Part shown: in pieces, positions 1 to 14,386 of the stretch
How positions within the stretch are numbered: position 1 is the stretch's first letter
How the letters are laid out: the number at the start of each line of letters is the position of its first letter
DNA from: Octopus vulgaris
Lineage: Eukaryota
Direction of reading: 5' to 3'
DNA: 64,000 bases
Assembly (NCBI GenBank): GCA_951406725.2
Contig: OX597835.1
Coordinates: forward strand, 25,110,001 to 25,174,000
The notes under the pieces: model-generated
What the model was told of the DNA's origin: nothing
Databases searched by the model: none
What the model saw: only the letters and a program-made list of their open reading frames with translations
Made by a program: the position numbers and the translations under genes

Positions 1-974
1 ACATCTGACTGGCTGGACATCATAATCAGCTCATCTCAGCTCAGTTATCTTAAGATGCAGAAGACCTATTTACAGACAGTATGTCAGCAATTATCTTGAC
101 TTGTGGTAAAACATTAAAACTTTCATATGAGCTTTCAAATTTTAGCATGTCATTGTGGTCAATGCTAGAGCCCCAAGCCGTCAGTGCTTTTTGGTTGTGA
201 CTGGCATACTACACAAAGAATAAAGCATCGATCTTCAGCTTTTGTAGAGTAAAGGGCCCCACTGGCAAGCCTTTAATTGGTTCCCGGCACATCTTAGCAC
301 TGGCCCTACCGTTGGAAGCGGTACCTGAAGACTCTACCACCACAATCTTTCTTGGAATAGTGGGCAGAGGTGGATGGATGAAAGTTTTTTTGTTTTGTTC
401 TATAGTTTGTTAATCCTAATTCTCTGAACTTCTGATGATACATATCCCAGCTGTGATCATCCAGTCTTGTTACATGGTTCGGACTTTGTTGTACAAAGTG
501 TCCTTCCTTTTTTAGGTTGATCACACTACTTTCGTTTCTCTTTTGTGAGTGAAATGAGACTTTCTTTCTTTTGGCAATTTCACTGGAAGTGGAAAAGAAA
601 AATTATATTCAAGTGGGATAGATTGGTGATTCATAAGTGAAGGAGGAATTAAATATTTCAATAGGACTATATACATATACATTATATATATATAGATATA
701 TAATATACATATATGTGTGTATATAGGTATATAATATACATTATATATATATATATATATATAATATGTATGTATGCATGCATACGCTTATACATGTATG
801 CATATGCTTTTACATGTATGCATATGCTTTTACATGTATGCATATGCTTTTACATGTATATCATACATATATAAGTACACAAACACTATCTTTAGTCTTT
901 TTAAGCTATTTATTTTGAGTTTTTATGAGTTCAAAACATTTCATTTTTGTTCTTTTTTGTTGTAATTTTTACAG

Positions 975-983
975 AACCGTAAG
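975..983 (+). CDS. Candidate 9-nt FGFR microexon (NRK)
   Basis: Long U-rich tract then tttttacag|AACCGTAAG|gtatag. Open in phase 0, the phase required in this intron. Confidence 0.35.
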
Positions 984-1095
984 GTATAGTATTTTATTTT
1001 AATTCAAATTTTTTTTTTTTTCCTGGACTGTTTCTATTTAATTTTTAAAAAAATCAACATTTGGAAACAAAAAAAAAAGCCAAAACAACACAGAG

Positions 1096-1127
<32 letters not shown>

Positions 1128-1488
1128 ATTTCCAGTGCATTTAATGTTAGTGTGTTTTTTTTTTTCATTTTTGCATTGTGTTTTAATGCCCTTTCTCACT
1201 GGTGCCAATATGATTGCTAGGGGACCCACCAGAACTACTCAGACCACCCCCACTGACACACATACACACACCTTTTTTTGTAGTTTTTCTTCTGATTGTC
1301 TTTGTTGTCGTTGTTGTTGTTTCACCACATGTTCTGTTCCCCATTGCCATGACCATCACCACAAAACTCATCTCCCACCTTCATCATCATCATCATCCTT
1401 ATTATCACTAACATTGCTTGCTCAGGGTGGAGTTTTTCATTTCTCTTCTCTTTACCTTGCGCTTCAGCAAACTAGATCTGACAGCAGT

Positions 1489-1490
<2 letters not shown>

Positions 1491-1572
<82 letters not shown>

Positions 1573-1659
1573 ATATATATACATGTATATATATATATAC
1601 ATATATATATATATGTATGTATATATATACATACATATATATATATATATGTATGTATG

Positions 1660-1714
<55 letters not shown>

Positions 1715-1745
1715 ATATATACATACATATATATATATATGTATG

Positions 1746-1800
<55 letters not shown>
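1491..1800. repeat. (TA)n-rich compound microsatellite
   Basis: Seen directly. Similar arrays at ~5380-5590, 44020-44325, 44860-45160, 57100-57490 and 62470-62980. Confidence 0.95.
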
Positions 1801-1805
<5 letters not shown>

Positions 1806-4800
1806 CTTAAAACTTAACATTTTTATGAATTTCTTACATAAAACTATTCTGATTAACCCTCTCATGAAAACAAAACATTCAGCGCGCGCACACACGTACA
1901 TTCCACTCGCACATAGACATATACATGTCTATGCTTATGTATTTTTACATGTATACACACTTTAGCGCCTTAATTAAGTCTGGATTAATCAAAATGTTTC
2001 ATGTAAGCAAATATTTAACGTTCTTTACTAGAACTGCTAATATACATAGATATGTAATAAATCCATACCTGTTTATATAAGTAGATTCTATTATATGTGT
2101 ATCTATATGTATGTGTGTGTATATATATATATATTGTGTTTAATTCTTGTTGATATCTCTTTATGTCTGTCTCTGTCTCTCTCTCCTCCCATCCTGCCTT
2201 TGATATCTTATCACTGGCCAGCACAATCTTGGTGTTATCACATTAAAATGTTTACGTGTAACAAAAATCTATAAAATCTGATGGTGGTGGGGTGGCAGAG
2301 AGAGTGGGGGTGGAATTGGAACAGATGATGCTATATGTTGAGTTATGATACCAGTGGTATGGTATCTCCTTACCACTCTGGAAGTTAGGTTCACAGATTG
2401 GATAAATAACTAATGACTCAGTGGTCAAGGTGAACTGTAATTGCTGATAGATTATGCTTCACATGCTGCATGCTGTGAGTCCATCGGTGAGGTCAGTTTT
2501 GTCCAGATTGAGATAAAATCTTTCACATTTAACCTTTTAGCATTTAGATTATTCTGTCGAATGTGACAGTTATTAGTTAGCTTCAAGATGTTGATGATGT
2601 AATTGCTTATTTTAAGAATGGCATTGTTGAGTAAGTATGAGAGGCGGAATCTGGCTGGTTTGAACATGAAACAGGGAGAATATTTGGACTAGATATGGCC
2701 AGTTTAACCCTTTGGCAGTTAATCCGGCCATATCCAACCAAAATATTCTACCTGTTATATGTTCAAACCAGCCAGATTCCGCCTCTTGCACCTACCCTAC
2801 AATGTCATTTAGAAAATAAACAATCACATCATCAAAATCACCAAACTACAAGACAATGCAGGATTAATTCAAAATGATGCGAATGGATAAGCATTTGACA
2901 AAGAAATCTGAAGGATAAAAGGATTAATGCTGAACAAAATGACGGTGCAACCACAGCTCTTAGGCATAAAAAACAAATCAACAGCTAATTGATATTTATC
3001 TAATGATAGTTATATGGATCGTGATGATGATGATGCCATCAGATAAGGAAGACTCCACCTGCATTCTCGATACGTAGGTAATATTATCTTAAGATTTAAG
3101 CTCTGTATTTTTTTTTTTAAGTATTGTTTCGACGGTACAGGTTCTGATCGTCCAAGCGCTCTTGAGTTCACTCTGTACTTATTGCTAGTCTGTATTCAGT
3201 ATTTGAAATGCCAAATATCAAAGAACTCTGTAAATATTAACAACTTTGATAATTCCTCAAATTCTCCTCTCTCCCCCCCCCCCTCCTCATTTTGGAAATT
3301 ATGAGGGGCAGTGCCTGTGGACTCTACCTCCTCGACCCTGCCAGGACTAGTAGACAGAGAAGATGGATTCATGCCAACCTGGCTAAGACCACCTCTGGTT
3401 CTATGAAATAAATTTCCTGTTCAGAGTAATTTTAATTTAAACCTTCCATCAAAATTCCATGTTAATTTGTTCCAAACAGCATCTTAATATCAACAAAGTT
3501 ATTCTACTAAATTCTTTGTTCTCAAAATTAATTGAAACGACGACAGTTTGTCTCAACAGAGATATAGTAACAGAGCCGTTCATGGCAACAGAATGTGCCC
3601 AAAAGTAACAGATAATTTTGCATAGCAAAAGAGTTTTCCTGGGTTTCATCTAGTGACAGGAGTGAAAATGGTTTATTTTATACTACACAGGAACTATAAT
3701 TTTGATATTTTTTGTCTTTTTTTTTTATCCTTCTAGAAAGCTGCATAAATTAATGTAATTAATTATAGAATACAAATATCAAATAATCAATTAATTAGAT
3801 CTTGTTACAACCGTATAAACCCCTTCTGTGCACAGTTATATACTCAGCACTCAACATCATTTGATCTTTTTGTTTCTTTTCTTCTTGAATTCTTCGATCA
3901 CGTTAAATAATATTCTACACCATCTGACATAAGATTGCAGAACTAAACACAAATCAAAATTATTGAACACATAAAACATATATATATATATATATATGTC
4001 CTATGTGTTTTTTTAATTTTCATTGCTTTTTTTCTAACTTATTTTTTCTCTTGTTTCTATCCTACTGATGAAACTTTTTTCTTTAGAAGACCATGAAACT
4101 ATTTTTTTCCCTCTCATTTCCTCAAAATTTCTCTAATTATTGTGAAGCTTCTATTTTATCTTCATTTGTGTTTCTTAAATTTGTTTCTTTCTGTGTTTGT
4201 GTGTTTCAATCTATCGTATTAATCAATTCATTTTCTTTCTTTCAACATCTTAACGACAGCTTCCAATGTATCTGGCTTCACCCTAATAGCCACACTAATA
4301 ACCAACTACAAACATAGAGCATAGGGGCTAGCTCTTGCTTTTAGCATCATCATATTCTTATAAATTTCAAAGTTGACATGATAGAATGAGTTAAGGAAAT
4401 TTTTTTCCTAAAACTGAGTAGTGAGCACAGTGTTGACTGAATATTATTATTGTAATTATAATACCTGCTTGAGGAAAGAAATCTACAAATCATTCTAGGC
4501 ATTAATTCAAAGCTGCTCAAATGAATTAAATTGCAATATGCAATTTCCTTTTGGCATCTGCTGAATGTTATTTCACCAGACATTCCATGTCTAGATATGC
4601 CAGCATTAAATGAACACACACATATTTTATTTGTGGATTAACACTGCTACCAATGGTTTTATGCAGTGCATTTCCACAATTTTCTTCAAGTGTTCTATTT
4701 AAGAATATTGGTAGCAGAGTTAATTTCACAAATAAAGAATATATTTATCTTCCAGATCCTGTCTTGAGCATATACTCACACTATTTGCCACTATCATGCT

Positions 4801-5559
4801 TGTGTGTATATGCACACACACACACACACACACATACATATACACAAGGTCAATATTAATTAGATTTTAACTAAATACTAGTAACAGTAATATTGCCAAG
4901 TTATATTTCTCCTGTGCTGCAGTACCGTTATTGCAGCTAAATCTACTATTTAATTACTATAGCTTACTTTAATATTAATTACTTAGATTTTAGCTAATTG
5001 CTAGTAAACTTAATATTGCTAAGTTATCTCTCCAGTAATCCATCACAATCTCCTTACTATTCTGCTGTTCCTTCTATTTGTTTTCTTATTGTTTCTCCAC
5101 ATGACTTCTCTGTGTGTTTCAAACTCTTCATCCACCTCCATCTTGTGGTGTTCCTTTATATTCTGGAATTGTGTGGATCACTTGATGTACTACATTTGCC
5201 ACTACTATTACTACTACTGTTACCACTATTGTTCATTTCACTCCCTGAACCGCCACCCCCATAACAAATTGTTTCTGTCTGATCTGCACCTTTCAACATA
5301 TTTACTTACGCACACTCACGTACGTATACATATATATAAGTATATGTTGACTTATACACATATATATATGCACACATAAATATATATATATATAAATATA
5401 TAATATGTGTGTGTATATATATGAGTCTATATAATATATTTATATACATGTATATATATAATCATCACCCTCATAATATATATATATTTATACATATATG
5501 CATTATATATACATACATATATATATATATATATGCATACATACATATATATATATATG

Positions 5560-5592
<33 letters not shown>

Positions 5593-7923
5593 CCATCCTC
5601 ACACACATTCATACACGAACCCTTGTTTTAATGTGGTCTGTATTCTTGTTCTGGTGAAACTTGGCATGAGTAGTGGAAGGGAGTCAAGAAACTACCAAAT
5701 CAAGACAGTTCTCACACCATTTGTGAAAGACACTTCCCTATTTATTTACTGATAATTTATCATTTTACTGACACCCCACCCCCCTTATCTCCACTCCCTA
5801 TGCTAATATTGTCTTGGGGGTGCTTTGAATGCATAAGTAGGTCTTCTCCGTTTAACCTAACCTGCTAAATTTAAAGGTTTTGATTTCAGATTTTTTTTTT
5901 TTTTTTAAATATACCTTGTGCCAAAATTTAAAACCAATGTTTTAATAAATATGAGGCAGCAAGCAGGCAAAATTGTTGGTATACTGGGTGGAATGCTTGG
6001 CAGCATTTTGATATTCTGAGTTCAAATACCACCAAGGCCAACTTTGTCTTTTGACCTTTTGGGGCTCAGTAAAATAAAATATCATTTAGGCACTGGAGTA
6101 ACTGATTTATGCAGCACCCCTTACCCTTAACTTGCTGGCCTTGTGCCAAAATTTGAAAACAATATTTTGATAAATTTTAAAATATTAAAAGAATATATAT
6201 TTTAAAAAATATCAAATACTTTTTTTTATTTTTAAAATAGCAAAAGGTGTCTTTGAAAAATTTGTGAGAACTGTGCTGGCTTGGTTTTTTTTTTTTTTTT
6301 CGTTGACTCCCATCCATGCTCTCTATAATTAATAATAATAATTATTATTATAATGAATTTGTCTTGTCAAGGAATGCCTTTGCTGCATCCTAGCAGCTCT
6401 AGTAGTGTTCTGCAGTCTGATATGGCGTGGAATGCAGACAGACGTCATGTAAATGCATTGATTTCTTTTTCTTTTCTTTTTTTCTTCAAGATTAAACAAC
6501 TTTTTTTTTCATCTCCAGTTTTTTTTTTATTACTTTTTTTTAAATTCATATTTGTATGTTTGCTGCCTTTTCTAAAAAATATATTTCTTTTCTTCTTTCT
6601 TTGAATCAAAACTTAATTCTTTTCTCTTGATTTTTTTTTTTTTTCTTTTCTCCTTCTACTCCCAAATATAAGCGCCGCATTTTTTGCAGTTTCTGCAAAC
6701 TTTGTCCTCTGATGTCTTTCCAATTTTGCATCAACTCAACAATTTGTCCTGTTTTTATTATCATTATTATGTTTTTATTATTATTATTATTACTATTACG
6801 ATTTCTTGCTGCTAACTCTTGCTGACTTTTCCCTCCAAATTCTCTGAAATCAATCTCACCATGATACATGTGTGTTAAAAAAAACCCCAAAGAAATAATA
6901 ATTAATTATAAATTGATCTTGTCTATTGATCATGCCTGAAGTATTCTACTCCTGCTGCCCATCATCCTTAACTAATATAAATATATTCTTCATCTTCTTT
7001 TATATGTATGTGTATGTTTCTGTGTGTATATGTATGTGTGTATGCTTCTTTGTGTATATGTGTTGAGAGGTCTTTTTTCTTAATTGTTGATTGCAATGTA
7101 TTTAATACAACTAAAGACCATCCTTCTCTCTCTCTCTCTCTCTCTCTCCCTCCCTCCCTCCCTCTCCCTTATAGTTATCTCTGTGTGGTGGTAATGCATT
7201 GTTCTTTACTTCCAAGTCAACATTGATTGAACAAGCCTATTGTCCAAGTTGTTCCTGCCATGACTCTCCCAGACTACATTGTACATAACATTTTTAAGGC
7301 AGTATGTTCTGATTTGAGAAAGATTTGGATGCTATTTCTAGCATGTTGGGAAATCATGCAGAGACACCCTCATTTGACTCGTACTTTTGCATTTGCACAT
7401 AACCTGCTAGAAATAGCAACCAAAATTCTCACATCATATTAAAAAAAAACCTTCGGTCATGAATGACAATGGGACTGCACCCAGAAAATTCCCCTCCAAG
7501 GCACAAGTCCAGGCAAGGTTGTTTATGGAAGACCATCAGTCGCACATGCATATCAGCCTCCGCTCTCCACACTCCTGCCCAATGTTATCCAAGAGGAAGG
7601 CAAAGGCCAATACAGCTTGGCGCCAGTGATGTTACAACTTATTTCTACAGCTGAGTGAACTGGCGCAACATGAACTAAAGAGCAACACACAGCTTGGTCC
7701 AGGAATTGAACTCACTGTCTTGTGACTGTGAGCCTGACGCTATAATCTCTGAACCAAGTGCCTTCACTTAACATCTTCTTAAAAACTGGAGGACACATTG
7801 CGTTATGTGGGTGCTCAATGCAATGTGCCATAAAAAAGTTGAGGCAATTAACGCTTGAACACCTTTGATCATAGATCTACAATAACATGACTGGAATATT
7901 GCTCTTTCTATATCGTCCTATTC

Positions 7924-8156
7924 AAGGCGGCGAGCTGGCAGAAACGTTAGCACGTGCGGCGAAATGCATAGCTGTATTTTGTCTGTCATTACATTCCGAG
8001 TTCAAATTCCGCCGAGGTCAACTTTGCCTTTCATCCTTTCGGGGTCGATAAATTAAGTACAAGCTATGCACTGGGGTCGATGTAATCAACTTAATCCCTT
8101 TGTCTGTCCTTGTTTGTCCCCTCTGTGTTTAGCCCCTTGTGGGTAGTAAAGAAATA
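7924..8156 (+). mobile_element. SINE family B (Deu/Nin-domain-like core)
   Basis: ggcggcgagctggcagaaacgttag head, gagttcaaattcc B-box and gcctttcatcctttcggggtcgataaattaagtac core. ~13-bp TSD tatatYgtcctat. Confidence 0.85.
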
Positions 8157-9598
8157 TATATTGTCCTATCTCTGTTTCTGTCACCTCCTTCCCTTCCTCT
8201 CCTTTCTATGTTTCTTTCTCTCTCTCGCTCTCTTGCTCTTATTTAATTCCTTCCTCTCTATATATTGGTTTCTCTCTCTCACACACACACACACTCCCTC
8301 TCTTGTCTCTCTTCTGCATGTGTAGTACATTAACCAAAAATGACTGAATGAATGAGCTGGTGATATGGGCTATTACTGGTAGTCGACCGCATGATGTAGC
8401 AGAATGGAATTTGGACAAATAGACTTACTGATATTATTTTTTTTTTTATTCTTCATTCACTTGTTTTTGTTTATTATTATTATTATTGCTGTTGTTGTTG
8501 TTGTTTATAATTGTTATTGTTACTGGTGGTGAAATACAATCTATATTTATTTGTCTCAGCATATGTGATCATTGCATGCCATTGTGGTGATGATGGCTTT
8601 AGCAATCAACCGTTCCTGCTTTCAATAACTCTTTGTGATATTCTGAAGGTTTACAAATTCAAATCCGGTTGCCTTGTATCTTAACCAAAAACTGGATTAT
8701 TTGAAGAAATTTCTCATCCTATGCAAAATAAAAGCTTTAATTTTATAACACTTGTTTTCAATATTTCAAATGTGACTTTCTTATGGGAAGAAAATGGACA
8801 AAATTGAAATCTTGGGGACAAGTTTTAAAGAATTTTTTTCTTTTTTTCTTAAACATTATTGTATGCAGGCAATTATAATATCCAGCAATAGTTGCAGATT
8901 TATTGGCATCTGAAATGTGTGGATATGTTTATGTTCATTCATCCACAACTGTTTGGCAACCAGTGTTGGTTTGTTTATGTCCCCTGTAACTGAGGACTTC
9001 AGTAAAAAAGGGAACTGATACACTAAGTACCAGTCTTTATAAAGATAAGTGCTGGGGTCAGTTTATTCGACTAAAACCCTTCAAGGCTGTGCTCCAGCAT
9101 GGCCACAGTCAAGTGACTAAAACTAGTAAAAGATAAGATATCCTGAGCAGAGGTTGTGGGGTGCCTTACCAAAAACTTAACCTTGTTTGTTGTTGCCTTG
9201 AGAAAATATTCCGGGCACACATCATAAAGTGGTTGGCAGTAGGAAAGGCATCTAGTCATAGAAACCAAACTAAACAGTACATTCAAACCCCAGCAGTGGC
9301 TCCCAATAAGAAATGGCTCAGGCTTTGACAACCTTTCAAAGACACACCGACATACAAAGCAGATACGAAATTATATATATATACTAACATGGCGAGCTTG
9401 CAGAAACGTTAGCATGCTGGGTGAAATGCTTAGCAACATTTCGTCTGTCTTTACGTTCTGAGTTCAAATTCCACTGAGGTCAACTTTGCCTTTCATCCTT
9501 TCAGGGTCAATAAACTAAGTACCAGTTGCGAATTGGAGTTGACCTAACGACTGACCTCCTCTCCAAAAATTTTGGACCTTGTGCCTAGAGAAGAAAAG

Positions 9599-9629
<31 letters not shown>

Positions 9630-9707
9630 ATACCTTGGGAGGGTCACTATGCCAATAGTAAATTCAATTTCACTTCTTTATTATAAGTCAATTGGTTACA
9701 TATTTAA

Positions 9708-9928
9708 CCCTTTCGGTACCAACCCGGCTGAAAAGAGCTCTGGCTCTTTAGTACTAATATCTGGTTTTCAAAAGTTCTGAATTAAAACCTTCCACCAAAC
9801 CTTAGTCACAATTTATGTCCCTAACTCTAGCTTAATGATAACGATGTTATTTTACTTAATTCTTTGTTATATTTAACATAATTGGAAGAAACACTGAGCA
9901 TCTCAAAATAAATTCAGTAATGAAAGGG
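9708..9928. mobile_element. piggyBac-type MITE family E
   Basis: TTAA TSD; ccctttc...gaaaggg termini. Related copies near 3370, 11205 and 16850. Confidence 0.85.
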
Positions 9929-10621
9929 TTAACCAACTAACTAATCAATTGCTTGTAAAAGCCAAGTACAAAAAGGATGTATGTATCTGTATATATGTAA
10001 AATGTGCTCTTGAATCAAAGATCAAGGAGACCGAAATCCAAAGAGGTCTCAATATGAGAAATTTGGATGAACTATAGACCAAATAATTTTGTTTAGCAAA
10101 TTTATTGTTTTGGCAAAGAGTCTATGCAAATTCAGCTTTTGACCACCAGCCATATTCTTGCTTTTAAACTGGAAAAAGACCAATAAATAAATTTTTGTCT
10201 GCATATTGGTATCTTAAGTGTATAGAATTAAGCAAAAATATTATTTATTTCATTTGAAATTATAATGAGAAAAAAGACAAAAATTGGTTAAGCTTTTAGC
10301 CAGAGATATTCTAGTTATCTGGAGACATTCCAAGCTACAACCAAATCATTATAGAATTGGTGCTGGCATAGTTTTGATTTGTCATTTCTAAAATTATTCC
10401 TGCAATGCATGATGATGATAATATTGGCTATAATGGAACTGGATTGCCATGGTTACAGATTGTAAGGAAAGTGACAGTTTTTAAGAGATGTTTGGGGTTT
10501 TTTGTTTTTGTTTTTTTCATTAAGGTGTTAAATTCTCGCCCTGCCCACCATAATTATAGGTTAAGTTCCTGGTAAACCGTGTCCAGTTCACTATATTTTG
10601 ACTCCAGTTGTTCCAGACATA

Positions 10622-10958
10622 GTGAAGGCACGTGACTCAGTGGTTAGAGTGTCAGGCTTACAATCGTGAAATAATGAGTTCAATTCCCACCCTGGGCTGT
10701 GTGTTGTGTTCTTGAGTAACACACTTTATTTCACGTTGCTCCGGTTCGCTCAGCTGTGGAAATGAGTTGCGACATCACTGGTGCCAAGCTGTATCAACCT
10801 TTGCCTTTCCCTTGGATAACATTGGTGGCATGGAGAGGAGAGGTTGGTATGCATGGGCGACTGCTGGTCTTCCATAAAACAACCTTGCCTGGGCTTGTAC
10901 CTCAGAGGGGAGCTTTCTAGGTGCAATCCATAGTCATTCATAACCGAAAGGGGTCTTT
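10622..10958 (+). mobile_element. tRNA-derived SINE family G
   Basis: gtgactcagtggttagag A-box and gagttcaattccc B-box. An inverted copy lies at ~7445-7768. Confidence 0.82.
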
Positions 10959-12895
10959 TTGTTCCAAACATGATTGTCTATTTACTCCCCCAAACTTACA
11001 GGCCTTGTGCTTATAATAAAACACAAAAATTATTAATTATTACTGTGAAGTTAACAAGCTGACAAGATCATTAGCTTGCTGGACAAAATGCTTAACCAAT
11101 AGATTAAGTACCCGTTGAGCTCTTGAGTTGATGAAACGGGCTGCATTCCTCCCCCAAAATTTCAGGCCTTATGCCTATGGTGGAAGAATTATTATTTGAT
11201 GCCCTTAGCCCTTTCGATATCAACCTGGCTGAAACTACAGATGTCTTGTTTACAAAAGTTCTGAATAAAAATCTTCCACCAAACCTTAGTCACAATTTAT
11301 GTTCCTGACACTAGCTTAATGATAATGAGGTCATTTTATTAAATTCTTTGTTATATTTAAAATTAATTGAAGGAAGCAGAGCATCTCAACAGAAATATGG
11401 TAACAAAGGGGTTAAGGTGACAAACTAGGAGAATCATTTGTATGTAAAACCCAGTATTTCTTCTGGGTTTTACCACCACCAAAGTCAACTTTGCCATTCA
11501 TTCTTTGGGTGAGGTGATAAAATAGGTACCAGTTGAGCACTGGGATCAATATAATTAACCTGCTCCCTATCCCAAAATTGCTGGCATCATGCTTATAGTA
11601 GAAAGGGTTATTTGATTCCCTTTTTAAAATATTGTTGGTGGTCATACATTCTCCTTTCCCCTCCTACCCCATAATTTCCTGGAGACAATTTTTGTTACCG
11701 TAACAGGAGTTTTGTTAATGTAAGGGGCAACATCAGAAACTATATATCTCTATGTCTTAAACTTATTACCAGGAGTATCTTTAGGGGTTAGGTGGAAGGT
11801 GAGAATTTTTAGTTTGTGCAATATTGCTGTTGTTATTGTTGTTTTGTTTCTCCTCATTTCACCCACCCACCCTCCAATGCATAAAAAATATAAACAGCTA
11901 AGGGTTTTGTTTTTTACAGCTCTAATTTCACATACCTTTATATTTCCTCCTCCCACCCCCTTTCAAACACGACACCTTAACTCTCCCACCCCCCTCAGCA
12001 AAAACAAGACACCTTTCCCCCTCCCCCCACCTACCACCCAAACTGTAACTTCACTTAATTTCATGTCTGCCTGATAACAGCTTTAATAAGATTATCATGT
12101 AAAGCAATTCCTTGGGACATTAAACATTCCCACGAGGCCATCGCCATCGGTACCACCCTACTCTCATCCACCCAACCAACCAACCCCTCTCCTCTCTCAA
12201 CCCCACCCACCCCACCACCACATACGCATAATCTTTCACTTGATAAATTAGATTGGGGGGTAAACTTATCTCATCATACCTCCAGGTAGATGGGGGCGGT
12301 GGACAAGCCGGTACTTACTATAAAGTAAGAGCAATCAGATATGTAGTGTACATGATGAATGTGTGTGTGTATATATACGCACACATACATATGTGTGTAT
12401 GTATGTAAGATATATGTGTTATATATTCAATGCAGAGAGATTTCTCCTTCCCCCACCCCCAGCCTATCAGCCACTCCCAATCTATCACCCAAAGGACTAT
12501 TATCTGTTATGCATGTTTTATCCTACTTAACATAACATTTTTTGTATTATTTCTCTCATTTGTATAAATACATACATAGGTACATGTATGTGTGTGTGTA
12601 TATACATATATATATATGTATGTATGTATATATATGTATATATGTCTAATTTTTGAATCTAAGCATGTTTTTCCCCACCTATTGCCAGTATATATATTTT
12701 TTTCCTTTCTGTTAAAGGTCATGTTTTCTTTATTATAATTATTATTATTTCAAGCAGGAAATCTTCCATAAATCGCCGCCGGTCCCAGGTGGACGTTAAA
12801 CTATTTGGCTATTAATGTTTAATAATGAATAATAATTGATTAATTAATTGTTCTCCAATTATTGACAGTACTGCTCTATATACATATATGCATAC

Positions 12896-12942
<47 letters not shown>

Positions 12943-14020
12943 CAATACTATCTATTTACCAATAGCGTGTGGTATTTGGTTTTATCCCCCTTACATTTCT
13001 GAGTTCAAATTTCATCAACGTTGATTTCCTTTTTCATTCTTTCGGGATATGATAAGTTTAAAGTATCATTGATGTACCAAGACTGATTAATTCACTTTAC
13101 GCCTCTCCCCCCTTAAATGTTTTTCAACCCTGTATCTCCATTACAAATATCATTGTCATTTTTACCACTACTACTGCTAAATTTACATTCATTAATCAAA
13201 AATAGAAGTGCTTTTTTGTTAATCATTTAACATATCAGGGTGGGGAGGACGAAACAATAAAAATAATTTATATTTGTTGTTAGATTTTTTTATAAATAAT
13301 ATTTGGTAAATTAAATATTTATAAAATGTAAAAATAATTTTTTTTCTATATTGTTTGTTCAAACATATTTGTTATATATTATATGTGTATATATGTATGT
13401 TTATTTTATTTTATGAATCATTGGTTTCTTGATGCAAGTTTTCTTAAATCTTAACTCATTTTTCCCTTCGAAAGCATCACGTACCATTTCGGTCATTCGT
13501 TCTTTTGCATGACTCTCTCTTTCCTCCGTCTATATGTTTCTGTTTTCTGCATGTATTTATGTATGTATGTTACTATATGTGTGTGTGTTTATCCATATGG
13601 GAAGTATACAAATGCACACACATGCATACATACATACATCTCAAAAACAAAAACATGGTGATGATTTGGAATGTCGTAGATCTGATGTATTATGGCCCGA
13701 AGTCTCTTTCAATCATTCCTCTCATTCTTCTTATTATTATAACATTTTTCTTCTTCCTCTCTTCTTAAAATTAATCTTTGGAATGTCATTAACAAAAAGT
13801 AGTTTGAAATCAGCAACATATAAGGCATTTTATTTTATCAATCCTATTATTTTTTAAACTTGATATTATACCGTGTCTGCATTGTAATTCAGTGGAATTC
13901 AACACTTATTAGATACATTAACATGTAAAGACTTTTGTTTTTCTCCTCCTCCTCTTCTCTCTCCCACTCTGCTTCTCTTTATGTTGGTAAGATTTTAAAA
14001 GTTCGATCCTTCGACTTTAG

Positions 14021-14032
14021 TACATGCGGTTG
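14021..14032 (+). CDS. Candidate 12-nt FGFR microexon (YMRL)
   Basis: Pyrimidine tract at 13932-13980, then ctttag|TACATGCGGTTG|gtaagt with a consensus donor. Open in phase 0. Confidence 0.35.
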
Positions 14033-14142
14033 GTAAGTATAGTTATTTCAAACATAGTCTGTCTAAATCTCTTCTCTTCATCTCTATCTTTTCTCTATAA
14101 ATTAAATCCCAGGTTTTTGTTTATATATGTGCCCTTTAAGAT

Positions 14143-14386
14143 CAGCGGTTCTCAACCAGGGTCCATATAAAATTTTATTTTATAAGCTATAAATTGGTAA
14201 TATTTCTACAATACACAAAATATTTCAATTTTTTTTTTATTCAGTTCCTAATAATATTTAATTATAAAAATATAATGGTACCTTTTTTTTTCATGTTTAT
14301 TAAATGTCCATGAAGTTCCAGTAGAGTAAAATTGGAACCAAAGGGGTCCATAGGCCAAAAAAAAAAAAAATGGTTGAGAATCACTG
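14143..14386. mobile_element. hAT-Charlie-like MITE
   Basis: TIRs cagcggttctcaacca / tggttgagaatcactg. Right flank ctctagat fits the Charlie nTCTAGAn target. Related ends near 28655, 36690 and 49110. Confidence 0.75.

Noticed and set aside
1135-1965. 276-aa ORF and the many YI/HT/CV-repeat ORFs across the window
   Set aside because: They are translations of (TA)n, (CA)n and (TG)n microsatellites, with no domain content or splice support.
2451-2474. 24-nt in-frame cassette (IMLHMLHA) with a gtgagt donor
   Set aside because: The acceptor lacks a pyrimidine tract, and matches like this are expected by chance in 16 kb.
3010-3077. Possible FGFR acid-box exon (YMDRDDDDAIR)
   Set aside because: Stops in all frames. 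It derives from a (GAT)n run and lies in the wrong position, since the acid box precedes Ig-II.
10622-10700. tRNA gene
   Set aside because: The A/B boxes belong to a SINE head that continues into a repeat body; there is no complete cloverleaf.
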